From the NCBI GenBank assembly GCA_000934665.2, contig KZ538086.1, forward strand, positions 62,001 through 126,000: DNA of 64,000 nt, in the 5' to 3' direction. Both the position numbers and the translations under genes were made by a program. The DNA comes from Catajapyx aquilonaris (Eukaryota). The notes below the pieces were generated by a model. That model saw only the letters and a list, made by a program, of their open reading frames with translations, was not told the origin of the DNA and ran no database searches. Every line of letters begins with the position of its first letter. The first letter of the stretch is position 1. Shown piece after piece: positions 39,186 to 53,300 of this stretch.

Positions 39186-42100
39186 CGCACCTTGAGTATC
39201 GGAGGCTGTTCGTTCTGTTGGAGGGTGGGCGTATGATTTCTGAAAGTGGGACGATGGAAGCAAGGACGCAGTTTTGCATCCTCGGCAGTAAAAGAAATGA
39301 AAGGAAAAGACTGTCAGCATGCAGAGCAGTCGGGGATGGATCTACATCCCTCAGCCACAAAGGCATTTGGCAGGCGAAAGAGCTGCTCCTTTTCCGGCTC
39401 TCATTTGTTTACAAACAGGCGCGGTGCTTATCGGAATTGTTTACCGCTGGAGAGGAAGGGACCCACTTTAATGAGGGATTCCAAGTACGATTTCTCTCCC
39501 TCCCGTCATCCCTTCTTCGAGTCATATTGTCCTCTTTTCAGGTCGGAAGCACACTATGCGGAAAGTAGGGCTTATTCAACCTTTTTTTTTTCCTTCTTCT
39601 TCTCCCCCCTGCACTAGCGCGAAACGTGTTTATTGTAACTGAATCGGTTCTGTCAAGTTGTGTGGAGGGTAAATTTTGTGACGCGGCGCTGGATTTAGTG
39701 GAAGTAGATTAATATTCTACAATGGGTGCGACGGGAGTCGGTGCGATTCAGTGCGGTGGTTATCCTTTTGCTATTGGCCAAATGATCAACTCGTCGCTCA
39801 TTTAACCGTGCATGGCGCTGAACTGTGACCATTTTGGTCAAAAAACAAGCCGGTAGGCCCGCAGCTGTTGTCCAAGCGAATCCAGTGAGACTAATATCTC
39901 GACATGACAAATTTGCGACCGGAGCTATTTTTGTAAACAACACCTCAATTAACTGTACTGCAGTGACAATATCTAACGCCGCCGATTCAGAGAACAAAAA
40001 TACATGGGGGGTTACAGTGTAAACAGTGCATTGTGTTTGACCCTCTTGGGTGTCATTTACCGTACAAATTTTGGGACTAGGTGCAGCGCGATTGCACTGC
40101 ATACAAAAACCGACCAGATAACCCCCAAAAAATCGTGTTCACGCGGACGTGAAAAGAGTCGGGAGAGTACAAAACCGTGTTGATTTGGAAATGAAATATG
40201 GTGGCGCATCGCTTTTTATCCTGCCCTGTATGCAACCCGCGCTTCTCCCTTGTTCAACACGATGCCATGTATATAGCACCACAGTCTCTCCCCTTGGAAA
40301 ATGGAATATTCCCCACCCGGGATTTTAATGTTGGGTCCGTGCCGTGGTGTGTGCGCCCTGGGAAAAATACTAATAATTGCATGATCGCACAGAGTATCGG
40401 CGGAGCTAATAAATTACTGGAACGGTGTAGATACTAAGAATCGGCCATATCAGGAGAGTTGTAAATCAGGTCCGATGCGTGACCATTCCTGTAGCAGAAA
40501 ATACTGAGAAGTCGTGGCTGCTTCTGGCTGGCAAAAGTCTGGAAACACCATTTCGGAATGTTTTAATCGGAAGGGAGGGGGAACCCCCATTCTCTTGTGT
40601 TTTTTTTTTCTTCTCTCTCTCTCTCTCCGCTCTTTTTTGTGGTTGGGCTATACACGACCGTTTCTTTTATTTTTGAGTGGGAGTGGACGTATCGACTCCC
40701 GATTACTTCTGATTCGATTCTTGCAATGGTGTGGGGACCGTTCCCCCCATTTGGGTTTTTCCCCCTCGCTTTCTTTCTCTCTTCCTCCCTGGGAAATTGA
40801 AAAGCTCTGTTTTTCTCTCGCCCAGGGGCACCCGCCGCTTTGTCATCGGATTGGTGCCTCTTCCCTCCACCCTCTCACTCTCCCTTACCTCCCCAAATAT
40901 ACACATGGCATTCGACGGCACAAGAACTGCATCAGATACCTGCACGGGGGCGTCCTCTAGGCCATGTAAACACAAACATGCGCCGCGTTCTTGGCTGGCT
41001 AACGGCAGCAAGCAAATGTTGAAACTATAGTCTATCTCTTTTTCCCACCTTTTTCTCTCTCGGCTCTTGTCCCCCTTTCCCCCTCCTCATCCCTGAGGCT
41101 GGAGAGAGGAAAGAGTGGTGTCGAGAGGAATCCAGGCGGAACATGGCAGCAGGACACAGATGGGGTTGCGGGGGATGATGAGGTTGGGGCAGTTGGTTTA
41201 AGGGGCACGGTAGATGATGGAAAAACTCTGTACGCCGTTGACGTTACTCCGGAAGTGCATATCGGGGGGAGAGATTTTGCAGCTCCGGTGGCCAAAGAGA
41301 GAAGGGGAGATGAAAAATTTCGATTCTGTAGGACCCTGGACCAAATCGGGGGCTGTCTCGCCCGATCGGAGCTTTCGGGCGTCTAGTGATGTCCTGGCAT
41401 AGTGTGGCCAATACTTGGCCAACTCTCCGGTTACAGCATACCAGGGTGCTGGAGAATATCGCTTGGTATCCCCAGCGCACAATGGCTTTAAAGCAGCATT
41501 GGTGTGAAATATCCTGGCGCGTATGCATCCCTCCATGACGTTTCTAGATAAAGTCATCCTCTGGTGTCCAGGATTTGACGCAGCTTTCTGTCTAAATCGC
41601 AATGCAACACACTGTATGGCCAAGAAAATTGGCGGCAGTGAAGTGATGGGGATTTGCGTACAGTTGGTTGCTGACATCGACTCGCAGCCGCTCAACATTG
41701 CTCCCTGCGCTGGGGATTTACCTCCCTATTTTTTTGAAAGGGCCACGAAGTGACACTGGGCAACCATCCGAGGTGACTCAACCTGCCAGGGGTTAACACC
41801 CGTAATTGCAGCGTCCGGCAGGTATCGCAGCGTATCCGGGGAGATAGCTGCTGGCAAAGCATAAGCTGTGTTAGGTGGTCGGCACTCCCTCCCTCCCTGT
41901 ATCCCCCCTGAAAACATGATCAAAGAGAGGGTTAGTGCCGAGGACAAAGGAAAAGTGGTGGCTAGGTCGCATTAAATCATATTGGCATCCCACAGCCCCT
42001 CGTGGGCCTCTGCAGCATCGCCCACATGTTAACGCGCACTAGGTTGGGGGGGGGGGGGNGGGGGGGAGGGTTATTGGAAAGAAGCGTCCACAAATTGGGG

Positions 42101-44027
42101 ACGCTCCGAGACCAATTACTAGGAGAAGCATTATTGTGCGGGAGGTTTAGCAGGAAATGTGTTATTAGTTATTACTGATTACGGTGGCCAACAGTTTGAA
42201 AAATAGCGCGGTTGTGCAAAATAATGGTTCAAGTGCATCACGCCAGCGTGTCGGTCGGCATTGTCATGGACGTGGCAATATTATTTTGAATTAGTGCGCA
42301 TCAGGTGATATTCCCTTTGTTATTATATATGCAACTCTTGCCTGATTGCAGATAGGGTTAATATTAAAATGTGCGCCGGGTATTAACAATACGCACCGTC
42401 CGAATATAATTGACAGATAATGTGTGCAATTCCGCAAAATTGTGCCCGGGAACAAAAGCATGCGCAGTGCACAGCACCCTGTTACGCCATCACATGTGAA
42501 CGCTTTTGTGAGCCTTATATATGGATGGTTGCAATGGTTCTCTAAAAGTTCTTGTCCGCCTAAACGTTACAAAAACTTTCCCGACAAGTGTTCGTCAGGT
42601 CCCGAATTCTGTTTCGGGTTATTAGGTGAAAAAACTTGACCGCCACCTCCGCCATATTGGTACGACTCGTTGCCAATCCGGATACTCGTTGCATGCACGG
42701 TTGAGAATGTACAGCATTTAGGCCGATATGTTTATTCGGCTCTAAATGTATCCTGCCCGTCGAAGCGATGCAAGGCTGGCCCGTGAATAATGAATATTTG
42801 CAACTATCGGCTCTAAAAGCGTTTTCCATTTTTCGTATTATTTTTTTTCAGGGCGCCTGTGCAATCTGCTCTTAATTCATTATTAAACATATATTATGCA
42901 TGCGTCATAATTTCATGATTTTTTTTAAAAAAATCCTAATGCACCCAGCCTAGTATCGGGTGCTGGATGTACTGCAAAGTCTAATTATGAGATATTAGAT
43001 TATATAGCATTCACCCCCTTTGTGCCATAAAATCCACCACCAGCCACCATCATAGAGCATGGATGGTTTACCGCAGCTTTTGACATCCTTGCGGAATTAT
43101 TTTATAGCGTGTTGGGATATCAGTATGGTTGGACGGTCAAAGAGAATCCCAGGGGCTTCCACTGTTGCACTTCGAGTGCCGGCCTCTCTCAATCACGCAC
43201 ACACATACGCACATACACACATTTACCCTCTCTCAATATTCGCAGTCTTTGAGGCTGCTCCAGCCAACTCTTTTCTTCTCCACCCATCCCCTCCACAACA
43301 TGGTTTTATCTAAGGTAGCACAAGTTGTCGTCTTTGTTGGGTAGTTGCCGCCTGAATAGACGCAAATTGGCATTGATTTTAAGGTTTACGTGCGCCATTT
43401 AGTCAAAAAAAATGTGGGTAACTAAATCATCCGGTAAATTTAGCGCCCGGTACTGGTTTGTGAATTATGTGTCGGTAGGTTGGGTGACTGCGCGGGTCTT
43501 TTGGTTAATGGATGCCGTGACTTGCCATGCATGGGCTTAGGCAGCACTACTAAAGGTGCAGTAGGGGGAGGGGAGGGAGGGAGAAGGACCGGTTTGATGG
43601 GGCATGAAACGAATTTGGGACCGTGTCGGATAGCAATGTCGTTTGGTACACAATCACACGGAGCTGCAACCTTCCCCCCCTCTTATCAGCTCTCTCCACA
43701 TTGACCGTGCGGGGGAAGTCGAGCTAATTATGAGTGAAAGGGAGAACATCAGGGTGGGGGCGGTATTTACAGGGGCTAGATTCCTAACTCTATGTTAATA
43801 CCCCCCGGAGAGGGGAGAGGATGGGTGGGGGAGTGGACTCGGAAAGTAAGACTAATTTGACCCTCCCTGAATATAGGGGGAGAGAGAGAGACCGAAAAAA
43901 GGAGCAGATGAGCGTGGGTTTGCATTTTGCAACGAATGCTGGATGCAACAACCACGGGTTCATTCTGTACTTATGGGCATGTCCATGTTCAATTGGGATT
44001 ACAGTACACCAGCTCATGTAACCTGGT

Positions 44028-44051
44028 GGTTGGTAAAGTACTCTACCAACC
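44028..44051. repeat. Near-perfect 24-bp palindrome (one mismatched pair)
   Basis: GGTTGGTAAAGT|ACTCTACCAACC: 11 of 12 pairs are complementary. Confidence 0.9.
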
Positions 44052-47000
44052 TAGAATCGCAAGTTGATAGGCAGACTTTTATTAATACAGTATAGAGATT
44101 GGCATTGCCAGCAGACCATCGAGCGATCAAGTTATTTCTGTGCCCCGTGGCCTTAGTTGCCCCAGCTCCCCCAATACGTCAAACAAAACCCAACAGAATA
44201 CCCCCATGTTGTGACACAATCAGATGATCCGTTTGCATGGATGCTGTCGAACACAAGGTTTCACTATAGCTGGGTGTAGTAATTAGTCCTTCTTGTAATC
44301 GGTTGGGGCCGTGTATGACCACTGGGTAGATAAGGAAATTGCATCTGAAAGCAGCTGCTTTTTTTGTAGATATGCAGTGATTTGTGCTGCGCTAGGGGAA
44401 TATCCCTCGAATTTCGGGTAGTGAACCCGTGTCGCACATGTTGCTTGGAGTCTGGCAGTAATGTTTTATATCCCGGACTGTCCAGAGGATGGTCCAGGCC
44501 TTTCCCCTTCCCTCCTTCTCCCCCCCCCCCTATTCCTTGCCTTCATTCCAACTCACTCCAAGTCCCAATGAGGACGTATGGCCCCCAAGATAGAGCTGCG
44601 CTTCGCATCTGCCTCGGAATTAGTTAATGGAGGCCAGGAAATAAGGGGAGGCCAGGGGGGAGAATGGAGACTACTATGCTGAGAGCCACCAAACTCATGT
44701 TGGTCCCCTCCCCCCTTCTAGCTTTCCTAAAGGCAGGAGTTGCAGGGGCAGAGAACAAAAAAAAAAGGGGGTCCTTTAACTCTCCTGCAGTCCGTCCATC
44801 TTGGTCCAAGTGCGACGGTGTAATTTGCCAATAATATGTGCCGGTCACTGCGACCTAACAGGAGCCCAAGTCCCTGACGTGAATCCCAGATCACATTCTG
44901 TTCCTCCTCCTCCTCCTCCTCTTTTCCCCCAGTGGTGGTGGTGGTATGACAAGCGCCACGTGATTCGAATAAGTCGAGGGCCCCGGGAGTTGCTCCAATT
45001 ATTCCGTCGAGATGGCTATTAATTAGAAGGCCTAGGTGACCCCTCCCTCCCTCCTCTCTCTCTCCCCGGTCCCTCCTCAGTCCCTCCAGTCATTGCGTTT
45101 GTATGCAGGGATGCGCCGTACCTAATGGTGCAGGCTCGTAAATCTGTCCCGGAGGGGCAAAGATAAGGTGCGGATGGCCACGTTGCGGGAGAGACCAGTC
45201 TGTTTCCGACCGCTTGACCAGTTTGACCAACCTTGCGCTTCCGGAATGGGAATTAGCCTATCCACGTGGCTTGTCGGAAAGCTCATGCGAAGGACCCAAT
45301 TTGCTGGAGCTTTTTTGTGTGTATGTCCCCAAGAGGGTTGCTCTATCTCCAGTTTTGAGAATGTCGTTAGGGTGCCTTGTTGGAGATGTGGGCGGAAAGG
45401 GGGAGGGAGGGAGGGAGGGAGGGTTGTCACTGATGCTTGGCTGGAAATCAAAGAATAATTTGGGTAGGATATTCGGAAGCGTGCACTTTGATGTGGGGGG
45501 ATCTTGAGTTAGGGAGAGAATCGATTGGCGGAGGTGAACCTGATTAGTAATCCATTTTTCTTTCGGGAGGGTAGGCAAAAATGCTTCTAGTTGGATCAAA
45601 GCAATTTGCAACATGATTCTGCACTTAATCTTCTTCACACCTAAGACAAATTTGCACCTCGCCTGACTCCCCCATTTCAAACTCGACTACCGTCCGTTTT
45701 CATGGGTTGTTTAATAGTCTATTACGTTGTTTATAACTCTGACTGTTATGGAGGGGCGGCAGCTCGCCGTCTAAAAGCCTTTTCATGCAAGATGGTCACA
45801 CATTGGCGATGAAAAGTGAATCTCGGCCGCACTTTGCATTCATCTCTGTGGACGCGTTTTGGCTGAGGTGTCATTATCCCCCCCTCCCAAACGAGCAGAC
45901 TATTCCTCGTGTGCGTTATCCTTGAACTGATTTCACACGGGCTAAGATCATTCTTCCTGTGGACCACCCCCTTCCCTACCACAACCCCTTTTACGCCGCT
46001 AGATTTATGCACTCGTGCAGCTTTCATGACAATGCGCACTTAGGCCGGCTAGTGGTAATTATCACATTTCGTGACCCTCAAGTCTTTCCTTAATTTCTTT
46101 ACCAGCGATGCTGAACTAGGGGTGGGCAAATGGCGCGTACTTTCCACCCCTTCCATATACCTTATGCCGTACCGAGTAATTTTTTTTAAATGTACTGCAC
46201 ATTTGAAAGGCTCCTAATAATTACTCGCTAATTTCAATCGCATTCAGCTATTCAGTAATTTCCATGGCCAAATTCATGTTGTCCATTGTTCTGGAAAATG
46301 AAGGTTATGCTCGTAAAATGTAATGCGTGTGTGTATCTGCACGCGTGTAATTATATTCGGTCTATAATTAATGGTCACTTGCATCTTGGGGCACGCACTT
46401 CGGACACTCCTGAATGAAACTGCTGCTTTATGTCAGATAAGGTTCCCCTACCCCTCCCCACCCCCATCGTCGTTTTGCAAGAATTAGTTTCAACCGACAC
46501 GCTCGGTATAGGAAAAGGGGTTTTATCTCGCCCTTTGTGCATGTGTGTTGGATCGGGTACATGTGTGCGCGCCGTTGCACAACGCCTCTTAACACAAACA
46601 CGAAAAACACACACACATGTGAAAAGATAGAATTTATCATGTGGGGAGGGGAGGGGAAGGAGGGAGGTGGGGGGTTGTTCCCGGAGGGGCCAAATTTACG
46701 ATTTCTTGGCAGCATGAAATAAGTCGAGCCCGCCGAGATTGCGCCGGCCGTAAAAGTTTTAATGGACTGAGAAATTCATGCAGATGCAAAATACGGTTGC
46801 AGTTGAGCGATGACAGAAATCTATTCATGGGATCAATCTTGGCGTAGGTCCCTGTCGACGCGAGAGATGGCGAGCCAAAACCGCGTTTAGTCTGGGAGAC
46901 TTCTCTCTCTTTTTTGCCTCCCCCTTACTTAAAGTGTGGGCGTTTGCTGATGAATTTTTCTGACGTCTGGCGCAAACATAGGAAAGAGATGAGGCCATTT

Positions 47001-47347
47001 GGTACTCTCTGAGCGACGGCCTTGCGGATATATGCAGTTAAAGTTCACTTCCAGTCAAAATGCACGGAGTACACGCTAGTCCCCATAAAACGTAAGAAGA
47101 GGGCTGTTTTACCTTCTGCAGTGAACTGTAAATGGCCCAAACGCAAATACCATTCGACATGCTTCATATTAATATGCTTCAGTTTAGACTTGATTAGTGC
47201 GATTGGCAGAAGGAGAAGCACTCGACGATTCGAATCGAAAGCAAGCAGGTCGACGACACTTCTGGCCGATTGATGCTCACTCTCCTTCGGTGTTCATAGT
47301 CCACTGCCGATCTCATAATTGTTGGATGGACCCTTCAAGCGGTGGGA

Positions 47348-47383
47348 GTATAAAAGCGGGCCTCTCCCCCAAATTGATTAGTT
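47348..47383 (+). promoter_or_regulatory. Candidate RNA Pol II core promoter (TATA box + initiator)
   Basis: GTATAAAAG at 47348-47356 fits the STATAWAAR consensus. ATTAGTT at 47377-47383 is an arthropod Inr-like (TYAGTY) site whose A (47380) lies 31 bp after the first T of TATA. Of the TATAAAA sites I inspected by eye, this was the only one with this pairing. Confidence 0.35.
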
Positions 47384-50300
47384 GTCATGTCCTCCGAAAA
47401 TTTCCATTGTTGCAAATGAGATCGAAACCCATCTCTTATGTACCTTTAGCCGCTCCCAGGTGGGTCTCCTCGCACCGTTATTCCTCACAGCAGAGGATCC
47501 ATTGATTTGCCATTTGTTCCTCTCGCATCATTAGCAGCGAGAAAACTAGACCGAAGTGGCTCCTCCTCTGCAAAAGTAGTGTAGCTGGATTCAGGTTCTC
47601 CTTTTCCGGCCTCTGGAAACATTTGTTTTGCTTCTCTCCACCACCTAATCCCAGAGTCGCTGTTCCTTTTTTGAAACAATTCGCAGTTTTCTTCTAGTAC
47701 CCCTACCCCCTCCCACGTCCCCGTCTAGCGCGCTTGTCATTGATCATTTCCGCACCGTTTACGGTTCCTGAAAGGCAGGGGGACTAAATTATGAAATTAC
47801 TCTCCTCGTTTGCATAATTGTCTTTCGTCTTTAGTGGTTGAGGTGGGTTTCTTCCTAATTAGGCCGCCTCTTTGCGCCAAGAGTGGCCCCCTTTCCAACG
47901 GCTTCCCCCGCTTCTTTTCGCCGGCGGAGGCGAGACGCTATTAACAATCAGTACAAGTGCTGCGATGTGAGCAATGCACCTTCAACTGTGTGCGTCTGAA
48001 GCAACTCTTTTGGTGCCTAAGGACAATTCGGAGAAAGTGATGCGGTTTTCACTATTTCTTTAAACAGTCGGTGAAATTTAATCGTACAGTAGGTATCGCA
48101 CGAGTAAATGTTACCTTCCAAAAATCAGCCAATGGTAAGAGATAAAATTGCATAATTATTCCCAGTTGATTAAAAAAGAGGTCGACATGAACCTTTAATA
48201 CAATTTACTGGCAAGGTACCTTAAAAAATCTTGCCTGGAAGCACGGGGGGAAAAGATGAGACATTTTTTTCTGGTTGTGTGGGTGTGGGGGAAGGAACTT
48301 TGGAGTACCAACTTGCGAGGAGGGCGCTTTTTTTTTCTTTAAAAAATCTCATTCGCTTAAGAATCCTTAGGCGTTTCCTTCTCGTGCTTTCCTAATTAGG
48401 CACAGATCTTGGTTTGCCTTATGGAAAATTTTAAGTGGGACGGAGCTGAAGGGGAAAGTTTCCTCTATTCCCCCCTATATTGGAAGGTTGTCCAATTAAG
48501 TACTCGACGTGGGGGCATACGACGACAAGGAAGGTTAGAAGACGGTCGAGGATCTTTCTTTACAGGGGGGTATGGTTGAAAAGGTGGATGCTGGTTATAC
48601 AGTACAGTTTTAGGAAGGGAAGACGCAGCAACGCGCAAGGTCAATTCCTTTTCGGATTGGGAGGTTGATACAGTAAGCCGCCTCATGGCGAATTGAATCT
48701 GTCCCTTTTGAAGCGAAGGTGGAAGTGAAGAGGTGTTAAACCGGATCCCGTATAGGAGGTACGAGAAATCCGCCCTGTCGCTTAAGCTCTGTAACGGAAC
48801 AAGAGCAGAAAACTGCGCTTAAAGGCTTATTAAAGTGGAAAGCTTTGCTTTTCAACTGCCGCTCCCGTAGAATCCTACACATTGTCTGCCGCACAAAACG
48901 CGCCGTATAAATTGGATTAAAACTCGGGTCTGCGCCACAGGTCACGAAGGTGAAATGACCGCACCTGCTTATTATATATTCCAATCGAGTCCTGCTTGGT
49001 AAAGCGTAATGTTAATCAATTTGGCTTGCGACCTTATACATCTGTTTAAGTAGCGGGGTTGCAGTGGGGGTGAGTACTGCTCTACAGTGTAACGTTTCGA
49101 CTGTTCGCATCATGTTCTGCAATTTTCAAAGGTATCCCTTCAGGCAATAAAAAAGGGTCGATCGCGGTTTGTTTCCAGGGCGACCTGGCTACCAGATAAC
49201 CCCCCTGCATCCGCGATTTTTTTCTCGGTTAATACACGCAAATCTGCCTCTTCTCAAATGATATAACCGTTACACTGGCCATCGCAAAACTAGAAACGAC
49301 CACGGTTATTCTTTTGATGTGTTAAGCACCTCCCACCCACCCAACTATAGTTGGAAGGGTGTGCATAAGTGCAGCGCGCACATTCTGTGCCGAAATTAAT
49401 TCCAGTCCAGCCCAGCACTATCTCGGAAACACTTTCCCGGGGTGTATCGGCCGGACGCTGGGCATGGCACGCAACTCGGGTGGCATACACGCCAGGATAT
49501 GACTTTCTCTCCAAGAGAAGATAAGCCCTCCACCCACCCTTCAGAGCCCCCCCCCTTCCCCTTCCCCTTCACAATATGGAGGTCACTTCTTACTTTACGT
49601 AAACGGGCCCCGCTTTTTCTTCTCCCCCCTCCCCCTCCCTCCCTCCCAGCTATATATTCCCGTCCGGCATTTTGGTTTATCCTCGCAATGGGCAGCGTAT
49701 CTCGCCTTGTCCTCCTTTTTTCATGGATTCTCCCAGTTGACTTGAAACCGGAGATAACTCCCCAGTGAGGATAAACTTGTATGCCGTAAATCCCGGGGAG
49801 GACGTGAAGAGCGCTAGATAGGGAGACTGGCTATCGCTCTTGAAACTCGCTTCTTTTCATTTTTTATTTTATTTTGAGAGGGGGGGGGGGGCAGTGTCTC
49901 TCATCTGGTGGTCATGCGAGAGGAGCAGAGAAGTGCAGTCTGGTGGGGAGACGTTTTTACCTGCCCTCTTTTTGTGTGTGGAGAAGGATGTTGAGGTTGT
50001 CCACCCAGGCCTTTTTGATGAATTTACCGACCCTACCTTGCGGCTGAGACCTGTTGCCCATGAATTTTATAATGGAACGAAAAATTGCGGCCGAGTCCCA
50101 GGCGCATTTCCACTGATTTCATTGCAGGGAACGTAGCGTTGTGTTCATGAAAGTGTAATTCCAGATCATTCAAACGGGGCTAGCACAACAAAGCCTTGTT
50201 ATTGCAAAGCTGGCACAATTGCGGATCCGCAAAGAACTACAGCAGCCGAACAGTCCGCTTTGTTGACGTTACTTTTCGGGTTTTATTTATTTAATTGTAT

Positions 50301-53300
50301 CCAGCATTGTGGAAAACGCGTATAGGGGGGGCAGGGGGAGTTGAGGGGAGCGTACACTGCCGCTCTGTTACTCTTGGATGCGCTCATTGTCTTATTTTAT
50401 ATATCGCGAACAAAAGTGTGTACAGTGCTCCTGAATTATTTCCGCGCCGCGTGAAGCTACCTTCATAAACAATTCATTGTGCCACTCTTGGTCGCTGCTC
50501 CTCCGCTCCGAGCTTTATATTATTACCATGTATATTTGTGCTGCGGTTGATACTCGCGTACAGTAGCATTGTAACAAAGTGACCCGAGCATCCTCTTCCT
50601 CCACCTCTCACTCTAGGTGTAGCAACAAATAATAATTTAAAGCCGGATTTTGTGCGGGGAAAGCATCCGCCTTTGATTAATGATCCATCAAAGACATGCC
50701 GGAGAAATGCGAGGCAATTACACCGAGATCCGATGCAAGGTCTGAGTTGAAACCCGGCTTTTATGCAGAGAACCGCGACGCGGTACAGGGTATAGCCGAG
50801 GTTATGAAAACCCTGCCCCTCCCTCCCTCCCCTCCCAGATCCGCGCTTTGTTTGTGCATACCCCCTTACGATTAATTTTAATATCCCACTTCCGACGGCT
50901 TTCATTTGGCCATCGATTCCAAGAGAGGAGGGAGCCAGCCTCCGCTTATTATTTTTTAAAACATAAACCAGGATTTTCATTTACCGACACCACATGCGCA
51001 ACTCCCGCGCACCAAATGAATATGCAAATGGCCAAAAGAAGATCATCACAGAGAGGGGCACGTGTACACTCATTTCCCCGTTCGCCAAAACTACTACTAC
51101 CCACTCCCACGAGCCCACTTAGTGTGATATGGCGTAAATATTTAATAGACAACACCATATGTGTGAGTGTGGCTAGTTTTGTGTCTCTCGCCTCTTTTTT
51201 TTTTTTTTATTCTTTTCTCTCTTTTTTTCTGCTGGCGCGTTTGGGAGCCGGGGAAGTAGTTAGAGCCGGACTGTTAGGCTTTGCAAATAAAACTTAATTT
51301 CGAACACGGCCTTTTGGGAGCCTTCAGCAGGAAATGCGGCCTCCGACATTTATTGGCCTCGGGTGTATTTGGAGGAAAAATCCCACTCTGCTTGGTCACT
51401 TGCCATGTGAGAAAACAGACCGAGCTTCTTGGACCGTAAAGCAATATCCGCTCCCAGAAAAATTTCTGAAAAAAACATGATTTTCCTTCGGATTATCTTA
51501 ACAGCTCTGAATAACGGACGGAATCGAATCAAATGCTTAGAGACGAACCAAATGTGTAACTCATACTAACTCCCAGTTGTTCAGTTTCTTTTCTTTTTTT
51601 TACTGTCAGCAAGAGGTTTGCACCTATAAGTTTCCCTCCCCAAAATAATATGGAGAAAAGTTTTACCTTCTTAATAAAATGACTATACTGTATTGGCGGA
51701 AAGTGCTTTAGAATTTGTGCTGGAAAAAGCTGCACGAGTTCTTCAACTCGTAACTTTTTTTTCTCTCTCTCTTCCCTCTTTGACTATTTGGAATTGACGC
51801 CTGGACTCAATGCGAGATTTGCAAGTTGCTACTCCAAAAGATTTTGTTAAACTTTCCGTTTCATGCGCTATAAAAATCTCGGACGTATATGATTTCTGCA
51901 CAGCTTTCTTTGCTTAGTTATATTCACATTGTGAAATAAAACGCGAAGAATAAAGCTATATATACTCCTGCACGAGTACCACATTGAAAAGTTTGTCGAA
52001 GTAGCGTGCACCTTTAATTAAGAGGGCACACAAAAAATGGCCCGCGACCACTCGACCTGTCGGCTCCCTTTTTGCGGTCCATATCAAAGATCCATCTCGA
52101 GGAGTTTTCTCGCGAAGGGGGGGAATCCTGTTGACGTTGGCTAAGGATCTTGCGGTTGCGATGGGGGAAAGATTTTTGGGAGGAATTCTTTGGGAGGAGG
52201 AGGGGGAGGAGGAAGAACAGTAATGAAAGCCCCGCTGAAAGTGGGCGCCTCCGGCAACAATCTCCCATTGTACTTATCTCCCCTGCTGAAATATATAGGC
52301 AGCGTTGGTGGTGGAGGATGGAGAGAGGGGGCGGAAAGGGAGGGGGGGTTGCTGGTTTGTGGTCCACGGTTGCCACATTGGATAAATATTAACACCTGCG
52401 CCATCTCGGCGTAATTACTGCATTGAGGTTTTCCGGGATTAAACCCGGAATCGAAACCCGAGGCACGGAGCGGATGGAGAATTTTACACCGGTCGGTTGT
52501 TGTTGGGGGAGGGTGGGGGTCCTCCCCGATGCCCTCTCTTCTTTTTTTTTTTTTATGCCTGCCCATATGGTGCGGGTCTAGGCGAGGAGAGAAATCTCCG
52601 GGGCGAATGGCGCGAAGGAATAAATTGTTATTGCCGGACCCCCCTTTCCCTCCCTCCCTCTTATGAAAAGGGGGAAGGAGGAAGAGGCGGCATTTCGACT
52701 AGAAAGCGCGATCGTCCTTTTTTTGGGAATGATTGTTTCTGCCCTGGGTTTGGAAACGTATTCATTTAAATTGGGGGGGAGGCCAGTTGCGCACCGCAAA
52801 CTGTCCCGCAGCCAGCGCGACCTGTCCTGATACCGGGACCACCTCTCGATCCGTGAATTATCGTATTGCAGAGAATTTAATTTCATGGGGTTAGAGTTAG
52901 GCCCGAATTGAATGCCGCGCTTCAATAATAACCCCTCTGGAGTTAAACCGGGACAAAAATTTTTGAATATGGAATGTTCCGACAGGACCGCCCATTTGTA
53001 TAATGTCGGTGTTGGATAGTGTATTTTTTCCGCCTGTAACTTCATAAGTAGGCCTAGCGGGATTCCGTAATTGAATCACTGATATAAAACCATGAATAAT
53101 GTGATTTCCGGGCATAATTATTTATGATTTTTAATGACCCGTGAAATGTACTTTTTTTGAGCACTAATCCTGGTCGTGTCGGAGCGAGGGCTTTATAGTG
53201 TCAACTTTGTAACGGTTCCTTAAATCTGCACCTCTCTGCCATCAGCCAGGCGCGCACTCTCTTTCTCTCTCTTTTTTTTTTGTTGCGATTAGTCGGGCAC

